Below are positions 1-9,119 of a stretch of 19,226 bases of DNA, one piece after another. Both the position numbers and the translations under genes were made by a program. The first letter of the stretch is position 1. Every line of letters starts with the position of its first letter. The stretch covers positions 1-19,226 of the IMG/VR virus record IMGVR_UViG_2778261168_000002; one strand, written 5' to 3'. This DNA is from a virus. Its lineage: Duplodnaviria; Heunggongvirae; Uroviricota; Caudoviricetes. The notes beneath the pieces are model-generated. The model made no database searches. It had not been told where the DNA came from and was given only the letters and a program-made list of their open reading frames with translations.

Positions 1-1236
1 CTACGATAACCGCGCATTCAACATAGCTACCTGTTCGTCGTTCATGTCATCAATCCACATACCGTAAATTTCATACACCATCTGCGCAGTTTCATGCCCC
101 ATCTGGCTGGCTATAAATGCCGGGTTCGCTCCTGCCGTCAACAGCCAGCAGGCAAAAGTATGTCGCGTATGGTACGGATTACGGCGGCGAATACCAGCAC
201 GTTTTACTGCTGCATTCCATCTCGCACCCAAACTGCTTACCGAGTAATAAGGTTTCTGTTTTCCGTTACACATCCTGGGCATGAAAACAAAATGCAGTTT
301 TTGCTTTTCGGTTCTGCCGTACTCCCGATGATAAAAAGTGATTTCGCTTTTGCGATGATGCCCGGTCAGTTTGTATTGCTCCTTCAGTGCTTCAAGAGCA
401 GGCTGTAGTAGTGATACCGTCCGGATCCCCGCATTTGTTTTTGGGGGACCGAACATATCAAGTATCGTCAGGTTTCTTCTGACATTCACAATTCCCTTCT
501 CGAAATCCACATCCTCCCACGCCAGAGCAGCCAGTTCCCCGTGACGAAGCCCGGAGTAAACGGCAAATTTCCACAAGTTCTGGCTCTGTCCTTTTTCACT
601 TTCCATTAATGCATTGAATTCTGTTTTAGATAAAGGATCAGGCTTTATTCTGTTTCGCTGTAATTTTTTTACTCCTTCAAATGGTTTGGTTGATATAAAT
701 CCCGACTGATACGCAAAACGTAACAACGAACAGAGCAGGGCGATATAGTTATCAACTGTGCGCACGGTTCTTCCTTTTTTGTTGGATCTTGGATTATCCA
801 GGTAAAGCGTTTCTCCATGCAGCAGTTCATTCCGGTAGTTTAAGATATCGCTATAACGAATATATGATATCGGGGTACTTTCACAAATTATTATTCTGAG
901 TGTTTTTAATTGTGATTTCGTTTTCTTCATTGTGTTTGTTGTTAACTCTGTCTCTTTAATTTTTGTCCAGATATCACAAAGCTCCCCGAACGTTTTTATG
1001 ACTCTCGTTGTCACCATTTTTGCCCCAGTGCTGGACTGGGGAAAACGTCTTAAATACTCAAATTCACCGGAGTTTATTTCATGAACTATCAGCGCTCTTA
1101 AATTTCCGGCCTTTTTAATATTACTGTTTGTAATCTCCCAGCCTTTTAATGTTTCCCGACATCGTTTTCCTCGAAACATGAACCAGATGCGAATGTTTCT
1201 ACCTCTAATCTCGACACCTGTTGGTAATTTAGACAT
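1..1236 (-). CDS. intR: Phage integrase, tyrosine recombinase (411 aa)
   Basis: ORF track 1..1236 minus; N-terminus MSKLPTGVEIRGRNIRIWF matches recalled Rac IntR; C-terminal tyrosine-recombinase-like region (HTRHTFA...Y); stop TAG at 1-3. Confidence 0.9.
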   Translation of the reverse strand: MSKLPTGVEIRGRNIRIWFMFRGKRCRETLKGWEITNSNIKKAGNLRALIVHEINSGEFEYLRRFPQSSTGAKMVTTRVIKTFGELCDIWTKIKETELTTNTMKKTKSQLKTLRIIICESTPISYIRYSDILNYRNELLHGETLYLDNPRSNKKGRTVRTVDNYIALLCSLLRFAYQSGFISTKPFEGVKKLQRNRIKPDPLSKTEFNALMESEKGQSQNLWKFAVYSGLRHGELAALAWEDVDFEKGIVNVRRNLTILDMFGPPKTNAGIRTVSLLQPALEALKEQYKLTGHHRKSEITFYHREYGRTEKQKLHFVFMPRMCNGKQKPYYSVSSLGARWNAAVKRAGIRRRNPYHTRHTFACWLLTAGANPAFIASQMGHETAQMVYEIYGMWIDDMNDEQVAMLNARLS

Positions 1237-1237
1237 A

Positions 1238-1453
1238 TCATGAGTCTTTGATAAACTGATTTATCTTTGGATAGTTGTACCAGATAATCCCTCGTTTGCT
1301 GTCTGGCTTACCTAAAGGAGATACTCGTTTGAAGTGGAAGCCCTCCACCCAACAGTTCTGGCGGTATGCTTCAATTTGTCTGGCCCCCAGACCAGTGCGA
1401 AGCATCAGGCCGTATTCAACCATCCACTCTTCATTAAAGATTACTTGTGCCAT
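1238..1453 (-). CDS. xisR: Excisionase-like protein (71 aa from MAQVIF start)
   Basis: Lies immediately upstream of int on the same strand; ATG at 1453 is preceded by a GAGGTGA Shine-Dalgarno; ORF track gives a longer 79-aa version from an upstream start. Confidence 0.65.
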   Translation of the reverse strand: MAQVIFNEEWMVEYGLMLRTGLGARQIEAYRQNCWVEGFHFKRVSPLGKPDSKRGIIWYNYPKINQFIKDS

Positions 1454-1552
1454 CGCATCACCTCTGGCAGGCGCCAATGTTAGACTGAAATTGACGCCTG
1501 ATGTTGATTATTAATAATCAGCTATGAAGTTTTAATTTGAATACAATGCAAT

Positions 1553-1741
1553 TCACGAGGACTGAAGTTTCTCGCAATTAAAATTTATCAGTTTTACTTT
1601 CTGCTCTCTGGAAACGCCTGCTTCTTTTTTACCTGAGAGCATTTTTTCGCATTCTGATTTCGTTAGTTTAGATTTTGAATATCTTGTCCAGTTAGTAGGA
1701 GTGCCACCTTCCTTTTCAATTGTAGCGGTAATTTTATACAT
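1553..1741 (-). CDS. ydaC: Small prophage protein YdaC-like (62 aa from MYKITATIE)
   Basis: In-frame ATG at 1741 preceded by GGAGG; the longer ORF-track start (1813) would overlap ralR by 80 nt in another frame; matches recalled YdaC. Confidence 0.55.
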   Translation of the reverse strand: MYKITATIEKEGGTPTNWTRYSKSKLTKSECEKMLSGKKEAGVSREQKVKLINFNCEKLQSS

Positions 1742-1940
1742 GAACGCCTCCATTAATATTTTCAGTGGTTCGTTTATTCCATCTTTCGAGCGCTTCTTTT
1801 TCACTTCCACCATAGCCAGTTCGGGATTCGCATCCGTTGCATTTTGCCCGGTAATATCCTGAAATGTCTTTCACCGTTACTGATGGACAACCACAAAACG
1901 GACATGGTTTAACATCGTCATATCTCAAAGTTTTTGTCAT
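1734..1940 (-). CDS. ralR: Lar-family restriction alleviation protein (68 aa), zinc-ribbon CPFCG...CNGC
   Basis: Sequence MTKTLRYDDVKPCPFCGC...RAKCNGCESRTGYGG matches recalled RalR/Lar; start chosen at MTKTL rather than the upstream ORF-track start. Confidence 0.8.
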   Translation of the reverse strand: MTKTLRYDDVKPCPFCGCPSVTVKDISGYYRAKCNGCESRTGYGGSEKEALERWNKRTTENINGGVHV

Positions 1941-1984
1941 AAAAACTATCTCACGTTGGCGGTGCATTACACCGCCAGGCTGGA

Positions 1985-2818
1985 TTATTCTTCTGGATTA
2001 TCGATTACACTGTATTCCCCGGCTATAACCGATATGTCGTCTGGATTAATTGTTTCCACCTCTTTTCCATCCATCGATACTGCACGCTGGATTTCAATAG
2101 ATACCGGCAGATACTTGAACAGTTTTCGTATCACTGTCTTTTTGGCCATGTCTTCAAAGTGTTCATCCCAGATGGACGACGCCCCTTTTGACGCTGCGTT
2201 TTTTGCCGCCTTGCTGTGTGTGTCGCGAACTTTTTCTACTTGTTTGCGGGTCATGACTTCAAACTGCACTCCTCCGTCTTTCAGTTTTGCAACAGCATAG
2301 ACATGGGTTATAGGGGCATCTTCGTTTTCACCGGGACGATGAACCAGTTTTTCATCAAGGCCAAGTTCATAGCTGAATTCATCACATTCACGGACAACAC
2401 GAGCTGACAGACTGATGATTTGACCTGATCGACGGGCAAGGTCGATCATGCCGCGATAACCGATGATCAGCTGTACGTTCTTCTTACCGTTTTTTGCTTT
2501 TCCGTTGCCGAACGGTAGCAGATATGCATGACCGAGGGCGCTACCTGGCTCAAGTCCGAGCTGTGAACACTGTACGATGGCACCGATAAAACTCGTCGAG
2601 TCACAGTTTCTTAGTTCCGGTACTTTACGGATTTCTGTTGTAGCAATGCGGATCATGCGTTCCGCTGTCATGTGACGTGGCAGAGCTGCTGCCAGTTGCG
2701 CTTTCATTGCCGGGCTGTTAATCACGCACAGCACATCCTTATCGTTAACTGCTGCTGGTGCACGGTTTCCCTGAGTTTTTTGCAGATCGGCTTTTGCGAT
2801 AGGTGGTTGCTTAGTCAT
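1985..2818 (-). CDS. recT: RecT single-strand annealing recombinase (277 aa from [13 protein letters not shown])
   Basis: Strong match to recalled RecT; AAGGAG sits 7 nt upstream of the ATG at 2818; 8-nt overlap with the recE stop. Confidence 0.9.
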   Translation of the reverse strand: MTKQPPIAKADLQKTQGNRAPAAVNDKDVLCVINSPAMKAQLAAALPRHMTAERMIRIATTEIRKVPELRNCDSTSFIGAIVQCSQLGLEPGSALGHAYLLPFGNGKAKNGKKNVQLIIGYRGMIDLARRSGQIISLSARVVRECDEFSYELGLDEKLVHRPGENEDAPITHVYAVAKLKDGGVQFEVMTRKQVEKVRDTHSKAAKNAASKGASSIWDEHFEDMAKKTVIRKLFKYLPVSIEIQRAVSMDGKEVETINPDDISVIAGEYSVIDNPEE

Positions 2819-5462
2819 TTGCATACTCCTTAGCCCAGCGGGGCAGTGATAACGTCTTAATAGCTGGCCATTCATCGGTATTTAGGCAGTCAGCCAGGGT
2901 CCGCAGATTGCGGTGATATTCCTGCTGGCCTGCCAGTTTTGCTTCTTCGCCCATCATGAAAATCTCAACCGGATAACGTCCGCATTCAACAGTTGTGCTG
3001 GCAACCAGAAAAACGAAAGTTGGCTGCACACCAAACTGTGCTTCATAACCGTCACTGTAGAATGCATCCTGAACGTGATAGCGGTAGTCGTAATAAGACG
3101 TTTTGAATCGTTGAATATCCGCTGTGGTTTTCACGTCCATGATCCAGTGAAATTCAGGAATAATTTTGTCCGGACGGCACCGACACAAAATTCCTGTTTC
3201 CGGATCTTCCCAGTAAATTGATGATTCAGCGTGTCCGGCGCTTTCAACAAGCCATTGCCCCAGCGGCAAAGCCATAACGCTTTGATACATGAGTTCAATT
3301 TTCCGGCCTTCTTCCGCAGTGATAACCGTTTTTCCTGTGCTTGCGCATTCCATCAGAAACGCTTTCTCTTCTTCTTTTCCGGCGTTTGTACGGCGGTTAA
3401 ATTCAGGTGCTACGATAAAGCGGTTACTAAATTCTTCCGGTTCAAGTACCCGGCAGTGGAAAGCGGTTCCTAAATCGAGCGTTTTTGTCTTTGTAGTGTC
3501 CACGGGGGCATTTTTACGCCACAAATACAGTGCCGGAGTATCAGCAATGTCATCGAGCTGAGACTTACTGACACCGGGACCCGCGTGGTAATTCTCATTC
3601 GAAATTCCGTAATAAATACCTGGCTCTATGTCTTCTACGATTACGGGATCTGCGATTTCGCCAGTTTCATCACTGCAATCGCGATGCGGATCGCTGCCAG
3701 CATTCTCATTGTGCGGATGTTCAGCGCCTTCCATTTCCTCCGGATCTTTTTCCTTAGCTTCAACCTGATTCTCTTCACCGAATGTTTCCTGGTATGTTGC
3801 GTCGCCCATCACCGCACCACCGTCAGGGCAGTTATCCCCGCCAGTCTGACCGCAGGCATTGCAGACTATTTCCTGTTCCTGTTGCACTACTGGCTCAGGT
3901 TGTTTCGCATCCGGGCTGATTATTTCCGTTTCTGGCTGGTTCTGATACACAGAATCGCGAGTCTGGATCCCCTTAACCCATTTCGGATCGTTCGGGTCGC
4001 TAATTCCGTCAACAAATTCACCACGTGATGCAGCAAGCAATTTATCGGCATCGACAGGATTTTTTGATGGAATGTTTTTCCTGGCTTCATGGAGTTCTGC
4101 CCGCAGTTCCTGATATTTCGCATCAACAGAATTTACCTGTGACTGAGCATCCATCGGCTGCGTGTTCTGATGATGTTCAGTTGCATTCGGTTCCACTGTT
4201 TCAGCCGTTGCCTGTTCATCTGCCATTGCGCCAGATGGTTGTGGTTTTTCTTCATCGTCCTGTTTTCCTTCTTCTGTTACTCGCTGCGGCATCGGGGCCG
4301 AGGAGCGACCGCAGGCAATATCCACGATTTCCGGATCAGGGTTGGCATGATCGGTTTCAGTCAGTACTTTGTTCAGATATTCAGTGACGTGTGCGGGGAT
4401 GACCTCGATCCCAATTGGTGCTTCTTTCACGGACGCAACCACGATGGCGCGGGAATAATCCAGCCCGCCAGGCATGGTGATGAATTTGTCGCGGAAAACA
4501 GAAAAGGGTGGTTTATTTTCAGCGATAATTTCCTCAATGCGTTTAGCGTGTGCCGGATGAAGGTTATAGATGTCCACGTCCATTGAACGGGCCAGTACGC
4601 CAGTGGCTACATCGCGCGCCAGTGACGTCAGATCGTGGACGAAACCTTCGCCGCGATCGGTGAGGTTCCCGCCGCCAGCATTAGCACCGGAAGCCGTGCG
4701 AGTGATGCGTGAAACACGATTCCCTTTTCGCCATTCTTTTGTCAGAAGACCGCGATCAATGTGTTCGGTATCCAGCCAGGCTGAAATGAAATTCTTAAAT
4801 TCATAGGGCTGATGTTTTTTCGTGATAGAGAACACTGCCTTAATTGCATCAGTCAGGCGGAGCAGGGCGGCATTATCCAGAGTTGTCAGTTCTGCCATGC
4901 TGCGTATGGCCAACAGCAGATTCTGGACATAGCTGTTTTCCTGATCCATCTCAAGAGCAGTAATGTGTTTGCGTTGTTCACGGGTGGCATGATGCAGGTA
5001 TTTTCGATCCCCGGCTGCATACGTAAAAATGTGCAGAAGACGCTGTGTGAACCGCAAAGTGGCTACAGAGACTTCGCAATCCTGGCAATCCTCGTGGGCG
5101 TCTGCCTGCGCGTTTTCTTCCTGGCCTCCCGTCGGTTCTTCGGTTTCCGGTGCATCCTCCTGATGGTGAACGTCGTCTGGCGCTGCTCCCGGTTTTAGTT
5201 CCCAGGTCATGGAGTCTTTGCTGAGTTGATAGCGTTCACTCCAGGTAAAATCGATCTCACCTTCAGGGGGAAGGTCATTAACGACAGGAAAATTCGTGGC
5301 AACAGCTTTAAAATAGTTGCTCAGTTTTTTACCTGACTTAACGATCAGGTAGTCCAGAGTGGCACAGGTTGATTCAAAATCGTCGCTTGCCCACAGGACG
5401 ACGTCAGGTTCACCGGATGATTTTTTCGCTTTCCGTAAAAGGAAGAGTGGTTTTGTGCTCAT
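2811..5462 (-). CDS. recE: RecE exodeoxyribonuclease VIII (883 aa)
   Basis: ORF track 2811..5462 minus; N-terminus [14 protein letters not shown] and C-terminal nuclease region match recalled RecE; GAGGT upstream of ATG at 5462. Confidence 0.9.
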   Translation of the reverse strand: MSTKPLFLLRKAKKSSGEPDVVLWASDDFESTCATLDYLIVKSGKKLSNYFKAVATNFPVVNDLPPEGEIDFTWSERYQLSKDSMTWELKPGAAPDDVHHQEDAPETEEPTGGQEENAQADAHEDCQDCEVSVATLRFTQRLLHIFTYAAGDRKYLHHATREQRKHITALEMDQENSYVQNLLLAIRSMAELTTLDNAALLRLTDAIKAVFSITKKHQPYEFKNFISAWLDTEHIDRGLLTKEWRKGNRVSRITRTASGANAGGGNLTDRGEGFVHDLTSLARDVATGVLARSMDVDIYNLHPAHAKRIEEIIAENKPPFSVFRDKFITMPGGLDYSRAIVVASVKEAPIGIEVIPAHVTEYLNKVLTETDHANPDPEIVDIACGRSSAPMPQRVTEEGKQDDEEKPQPSGAMADEQATAETVEPNATEHHQNTQPMDAQSQVNSVDAKYQELRAELHEARKNIPSKNPVDADKLLAASRGEFVDGISDPNDPKWVKGIQTRDSVYQNQPETEIISPDAKQPEPVVQQEQEIVCNACGQTGGDNCPDGGAVMGDATYQETFGEENQVEAKEKDPEEMEGAEHPHNENAGSDPHRDCSDETGEIADPVIVEDIEPGIYYGISNENYHAGPGVSKSQLDDIADTPALYLWRKNAPVDTTKTKTLDLGTAFHCRVLEPEEFSNRFIVAPEFNRRTNAGKEEEKAFLMECASTGKTVITAEEGRKIELMYQSVMALPLGQWLVESAGHAESSIYWEDPETGILCRCRPDKIIPEFHWIMDVKTTADIQRFKTSYYDYRYHVQDAFYSDGYEAQFGVQPTFVFLVASTTVECGRYPVEIFMMGEEAKLAGQQEYHRNLRTLADCLNTDEWPAIKTLSLPRWAKEYAND

Positions 5463-5532
5463 TGTTTTTTAACCTCAACTCAGATTAAAATTACTGCGAG
5501 TGATGAATAAATGTCCTAGGTTCTTCACTCAG

Positions 5533-5561
5533 GCCTGCACTCTGTGCAGGCTTTCTTTTTT
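5533..5561 (+). terminator. GC hairpin (GCCTGCAC-tctg-TGCAGGC) followed by a T-run on the plus strand, overlapping the racC stop
   Basis: Inverted repeat 5533-5551 and T-run 5552-5561 read directly; oriented against the leftward operon. Confidence 0.3.
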
Positions 5562-5836
5562 CAGATTTCACCGTTTAATTTCATTGCGATCATAGTTGCC
5601 AGAAATTCGGCTTTTTTTTCTGCAGGTAGATTCTTTCCGATATGCACCAGGCACATTTTTTTGACACCTTCATCAAGTGTTTTTACGTTGCCTGATGGAC
5701 CATCGATATCAACCACAGTGAATGGGGCTTCTTTATTTTCTGTTTTAATTACGTAGCCAATGCGCTTTCCTTCCAGATTCACCTCGTGAACAATATCATC
5801 GGTAGTTACAACAGTGGCTTCATAATTGGTAATCAT
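5561..5836 (-). CDS. racC: RacC (91 aa from MITNYEATVV)
   Basis: Matches recalled RacC; AAGGAG 6 nt upstream of ATG at 5836; ORF track extends 16 codons further upstream. Confidence 0.8.
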   Translation of the reverse strand: MITNYEATVVTTDDIVHEVNLEGKRIGYVIKTENKEAPFTVVDIDGPSGNVKTLDEGVKKMCLVHIGKNLPAEKKAEFLATMIAMKLNGEI

Positions 5837-5910
5837 GTTTTTCTCCTTAATTAAGGTTGAGCGAATACCTGCCATTTCTGGCATAAATTCAGTTTCGAAT
5901 AGTCAATTAA

Positions 5911-6081
5911 TTAAAGTTCGTGTGCCATCTGGTCTTTTTCGGCACAATTTTCACTACAATATTTTTTCATTTCCGTCGTTGGGATAACTCCACGCATGAA
6001 ATGAAGTGGTCTTTTAATGCTTTTGCTTTCTTCAATTCCTTTATTGCAAAGGTGGTAAGCACATTTTATTTTCTTAGTCAT
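5911..6081 (-). CDS. ydaE: YdaE-like small Cys-rich protein (56 aa, [12 protein letters not shown]...YCSENCAEKDQMAHEL)
   Basis: Hand-translated from the minus strand; below the ORF-track length cutoff; ATG overlaps the kilR stop (TGATG). Confidence 0.65.
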   Translation of the reverse strand: MTKKIKCAYHLCNKGIEESKSIKRPLHFMRGVIPTTEMKKYCSENCAEKDQMAHEL

Positions 6082-6302
6082 CACCATGACTCCGCCTTTA
6101 CAGGTAAACCATCACGACCGAGGAAGACTTTAATCATGCAGTCAGAAATGCATGTTTTTGTAGTCAGGTTACGAATATAAAGTTTTCGCTTTTTAATATT
6201 GTTTGCCGAGGCGATATATGTCCGGCCTTCATGAAGAACATAATCACCAGGAGTCACACACTGACGTGGTATTTCATCAGTTCCGAAGTGATGTGCAATC
6301 AT
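6081..6302 (-). CDS. kilR: KilR cell-division inhibitor (73 aa from [14 protein letters not shown])
   Basis: Matches recalled KilR; GGAG upstream of the ATG at 6302; ORF track starts 4 codons earlier. Confidence 0.8.
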   Translation of the reverse strand: MIAHHFGTDEIPRQCVTPGDYVLHEGRTYIASANNIKKRKLYIRNLTTKTCISDCMIKVFLGRDGLPVKAESW

Positions 6303-6742
6303 AATTATCTCCATTTTTACAAATGAACTTTGTTGATGCGGTGCCTGGTGCCTCCAGGTGACTGCAACCAGTTAACAATTACAGTCGGCTTTCCCACCCA
6401 AACCAATAAGGACTAACATGACTTTTAACTGTGCCGCGTGCGCTTAGCCGCATTCACCGCATCACAAAATTCACTTTAAAAAGGGCGGACATCAGTCGAA
6501 CTTCAAGAAAAAACTGATGCCGCCAAGACTACACACAGCAGTGTTGTTATTCACAACCGGAGGCGCACTCCCACCATTTAAATTTAACAGACAAGACCGA
6601 CTCTTTATGGATATCGGAAATGCGCCTTCGTGTTGTGCCCGGTTTTATTTCACCACCTCCGGGCTTCGGTGGTCTCTGCTATACCCCTACAGCGAGAGCT
6701 TGTGTTAACATTTCAATACCCTTACAGTTGAGAGTTATTGAA

Positions 6743-7252
6743 ATGTTAGAAAGTCTTTTAACATTGGCAAAATTCTTTGCCGAAAAATCAGTTAGTCGGT
6801 TTATGATTACTATAGTTATATTTTTTCTGATATTAATGTTGGTACCAGAAAACTTGTCAGAGTATCTGGAAAAGAAAAGCGCCATTCCATATTCCATGCA
6901 GCTATTTTGCTTCAGCATAGCCTTTGTCTCGACTTTAATCCTTGATAGAGTAGTAATCCTTTTCTTGAGAATGTTCTACCTGATTCGGGGTTTTGTAAAA
7001 AAGCGTAAAATGCTAAAAAATCTGAATTCGCTAAATGCAGAACAAATTCGTATTATTGAACTTTTCCTTCAATATAATTGCCAACTTACGCTTTGTCCTG
7101 ATAACCCAAATGTCGCCTTACTTGTTAAAATGAGAATAATTAGTTTTGTGAGAAAATGTTCTTTGGGAAATGATTCCCAATTTCAGCTCAATCCTGAATA
7201 TGAGGATCTCATATTTGAAACATGGAATCCTTGCACTAAGCGCTTCGAATAA
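6743..7252 (+). CDS. sieB: Superinfection exclusion protein B (169 aa from MLESLLTLAKFF), membrane protein
   Basis: Matches recalled SieB; hydrophobic segments; AT-rich; the ORF-track N-terminal extension from 6620 is probably not translated. Confidence 0.75.
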   Translation: MLESLLTLAKFFAEKSVSRFMITIVIFFLILMLVPENLSEYLEKKSAIPYSMQLFCFSIAFVSTLILDRVVILFLRMFYLIRGFVKKRKMLKNLNSLNAEQIRIIELFLQYNCQLTLCPDNPNVALLVKMRIISFVRKCSLGNDSQFQLNPEYEDLIFETWNPCTKRFE

Positions 7253-7253
7253 G

Positions 7254-7409
7254 TCACTCCGTTAATGTTTTGACCAACCAGCGACGCGCGCCACCTTCGG
7301 TTTTAAACGTTTTGCTTTTGGTATATGTCATGGCGGTGAATGTTCCATCCTGGTTGGGGAACACGCCGCACACCAGGGATTCGTTATTGCCGAGGTCGAT
7401 TTTTTGCAT
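7254..7409 (-). CDS. ydaF: YdaF-like small protein (51 aa, MQKIDLGNNESLVCGVFPNQDGTF...)
   Basis: Hand-translated from the minus strand; not in the ORF track at this frame and length; matches recalled YdaF. Confidence 0.6.
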   Translation of the reverse strand: MQKIDLGNNESLVCGVFPNQDGTFTAMTYTKSKTFKTEGGARRWLVKTLTE

Positions 7410-7419
7410 TTTTCGCACC

Positions 7420-7554
7420 TCACATTTTGTTGTTGCGGATAGAGGCTTCTGCCTGCCAGAGATCCCAGTCGTTGCTGCGTAGAGTCTGTACAGCCTGGCT
7501 GTAAGTGATATCGCAACAATCCATCAAATACTGAACTACTTCGTAATGCACCAT
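7420..7554 (-). CDS. ydaG: YdaG-like small protein (44 aa, MVHYEVVQYLMDCCDITYSQAVQTLRSNDWDLWQAEASIRNNKM)
   Basis: Hand-translated; GGGGAG Shine-Dalgarno upstream of ATG at 7554; matches recalled YdaG. Confidence 0.6.
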   Translation of the reverse strand: MVHYEVVQYLMDCCDITYSQAVQTLRSNDWDLWQAEASIRNNKM

Positions 7555-7620
7555 CTTATCTCTCCCCTTAACGCCGGGTGGCGGAACTAAAACCTACAGC
7601 GCCGTGCTGCTTCTGTAATA

Positions 7621-7649
7621 ATATTAGTTATGTTCATATTAATGATCAA
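7621..7649 (-). promoter_or_regulatory. Candidate leftward (PL-like) sigma70 promoter: TTGATC-N17-TAATAT on the minus strand
   Basis: Hexamers read on the reverse complement of 7621-7649; positioned upstream of ydaG; overlaps a TTATG/TTCATA motif resembling the half-sites of the palindrome at 8264-8282. Confidence 0.35.
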
Positions 7650-7742
7650 TAGAAATATGCATTTTGTTGATAAAAATGTACTATCCTAATGAAATTTTTA
7701 GTGTTTTTTTTGATAAAAAGTAAGGCGGGGCGGGCGGAGGGG

Positions 7743-7770
7743 ACAAAAAAAACCGCCAAAAATGGCGGTT
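7743..7770 (-). terminator. Rho-independent terminator downstream of racR (hairpin AACCGCC-aaaaa-TGGCGGTT with a U-run on the minus strand)
   Basis: Inverted repeat 7751-7770 with an A-run 7745-7752 on the plus strand, i.e. a T-run after the hairpin on the minus strand. Confidence 0.6.
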
Positions 7771-7790
7771 TAGTTACGAGGTGGTGGGAG

Positions 7791-8255
7791 CTATTTCTTC
7801 ATGCGTTTTTGAGCTGCCAGCATATTTTCAAATGCTTCTTTGTAGAGTTCATTCTGACCTTTAAGTCTTTCGATTAGTTTTGCTTTTTCTGATTCGGGAA
7901 GGATATCAAAAAGATCTAGTAAATCAGCTTGTTGCTTGTTAACCATCCGCCAACCTTCGCCTTCGAAACTTTCGTCATAAGTTCCTGAGGAACGGACGTA
8001 ATTCATCAGATCAGCTAAATCAGGCCTCAACTCTTCAGGCTTAACTCTTAGTAATACAGCGAATTTTAATGCCGCATCAGTATTAAGTGGAGCCTTTCCG
8101 TTGAGATAATGGCTAACCGCAGATTGCGCCTCAAAACCCATTAGCTCGGCAGCAAGCTCCTGAGTCAGTTTGAGCTCTCTTTTTTTTGCATCCCAGATTG
8201 CGCGCAGACGTTGCGTAGCTTCCGGCGATGCGATTTCTTCGCGTTTTCTTCTCAT
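7791..8255 (-). CDS. racR: Prophage repressor RacR (154 aa), HTH DNA-binding
   Basis: ORF track 7791..8255 minus; matches recalled RacR; divergent from ydaS as expected for an immunity region. Confidence 0.85.
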   Translation of the reverse strand: MRRKREEIASPEATQRLRAIWDAKKRELKLTQELAAELMGFEAQSAVSHYLNGKAPLNTDAALKFAVLLRVKPEELRPDLADLMNYVRSSGTYDESFEGEGWRMVNKQQADLLDLFDILPESEKAKLIERLKGQNELYKEAFENMLAAQKRMKK

Positions 8256-8263
8256 ACCACCAT

Positions 8264-8282
8264 CTTATGAATACAGTTCATA
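8264..8282. promoter_or_regulatory. Candidate operator: inverted repeat TTATGAA-tacag-TTCATAA between racR and ydaS
   Basis: 7-bp arms with a 5-bp spacer read directly from the sequence. Confidence 0.4.
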
Positions 8283-8302
8283 ATCTCAAACTGATATAGG
8301 TA

Positions 8303-8331
8303 TTGATCATTTAAATTAGTATGGTTAATAT
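8303..8331 (+). promoter_or_regulatory. Candidate rightward (PR-like) sigma70 promoter TTGATC-N17-TAATAT driving ydaS-ydaT
   Basis: Same hexamer pair as the leftward candidate at 7621-7649; its -10 lies downstream of the ORF-track ATG at 8321, which argues for the 8360 start of ydaS. Confidence 0.4.
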
Positions 8332-8359
8332 TTTGGTGAGCATTACTAAGGTGACCCTT

Positions 8360-8635
8360 ATGACATTAGATGAATATTTGAAAAAAAATCGTGTACGACA
8401 GTCTTGTTTGGCCGCGCTGGCTGGTTGTTCGCAATCAATGATTAGCCTCGCTGCTACTGGACGTAGTCAGTTAAGCCCTGAAAAGGTATTGCGTATCGCA
8501 GAGGCTACGAATTTCGAGGTTACACCTCATGAACTCCGGCCTGATATCTACCCGAATCCGACCGATGGTTTACCTGTTGGATGTAAGGCTAACACACAAA
8601 ATACACAGGAGTTGATTCATGAAAATCAGGCATGA
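8360..8635 (+). CDS. ydaS: Cro-like HTH protein YdaS (91 aa from MTLDEYLKKNRV)
   Basis: AAGGTGA 6 nt upstream of ATG at 8360; HTH-like segment QSCLAALAGCSQSMIS; position immediately right of racR. Confidence 0.6.
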   Translation: MTLDEYLKKNRVRQSCLAALAGCSQSMISLAATGRSQLSPEKVLRIAEATNFEVTPHELRPDIYPNPTDGLPVGCKANTQNTQELIHENQA

Positions 8636-9041
8636 GCACATCGAATCAGTGCTGTTAGCCCTGGCAGCCGAAAAAGGGCAGGCGTGGGTCGCTAACGCAA
8701 TTACTGAAGAATATCTTCGCCAGGGGGGCGGCGAATTGCCCCTGGTACCAGGCAAGGACTGGAATAATCAGCAGAACATCTATCACCGTTGGTTAAAAGG
8801 TGAAACGGAAGTGCAAAGGGAAAAAATTCAGAAACTGATCCCAGCAATTCTGGCAATTCTTCCGCGCGAGCTGCGTCACCGACTCTGCATCTTCGATACC
8901 CTAGAACGCCGTGCATTACTGGCGGCGCAGGAAGCGTTGAGTACGGCAATTGATGCGCATGATGATGCAGTCCAGGCCGTTTACCGGAAAGCGCATTTCA
9001 GCGGCGGCGAGTCGTCCGGCGATTCTGTCGTAGTGCATTGA
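8619..9041 (+). CDS. ydaT: YdaT (140 aa), toxic partner of YdaS repressed by RacR
   Basis: ORF track 8619..9041; length and position match YdaT; ACAGGAG Shine-Dalgarno; 17-nt overlap with ydaS. Confidence 0.7.
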   Translation: MKIRHEHIESVLLALAAEKGQAWVANAITEEYLRQGGGELPLVPGKDWNNQQNIYHRWLKGETEVQREKIQKLIPAILAILPRELRHRLCIFDTLERRALLAAQEALSTAIDAHDDAVQAVYRKAHFSGGESSGDSVVVH

Positions 9042-9119
9042 TTGAAATTAATCGTGCCGGACTGTTTTGTTCGGTATCAGTTAAATGTAACGCTCACAGC
9101 GTTACAAGGTGAAAACAAT

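Noticed and set aside
94-408. 104-aa plus-strand ORF inside the integrase gene
   Set aside because: Entirely antisense to a well-supported int CDS; no Shine-Dalgarno; typical shadow ORF.
1956-2407. Plus-strand ORFs antisense to recT (1956..2300, 2216..2407)
   Set aside because: Shadow ORFs within the recT coding region.
2913-5198. Series of plus-strand ORFs (2913..3221, 3231..3561, 3585..4028, 4025..4387, 4170..4586, 4570..4806, 4812..5198) antisense to recE
   Set aside because: All lie within and opposite the strongly supported recE CDS, overlap each other in different frames and have low-complexity translations; treated as shadow ORFs.
6620-6742. 41-codon N-terminal extension of sieB, and overlapping ORFs 6517..6708 (+) and 6679..6918 (-)
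   Set aside because: The extension starts far upstream without a Shine-Dalgarno and the recognisable SieB sequence begins at MLESLL (6743); the other ORFs overlap it in other frames or strands.
7328-7519. 63-aa minus-strand ORF from the track spanning the ydaF/ydaG interval
   Set aside because: Hand translation shows two shorter ORFs in other frames (ydaF 7254..7409, ydaG 7420..7554) that match recalled Rac proteins and have Shine-Dalgarno sequences; the track ORF is a frame artefact.
8321-8359. Upstream ATG start for ydaS (104-aa version)
   Set aside because: No Shine-Dalgarno, and the candidate PR-like -10 hexamer lies downstream of this ATG; the 8360 start has AAGGTGA at good spacing.
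9042-9119. Upstream start for ydaU given by the ORF track
   Set aside because: The first codon is TTG immediately after the ydaT stop; the first ATG with a plausible Shine-Dalgarno is at 9120. The TTG start cannot be excluded; it would add 26 residues.
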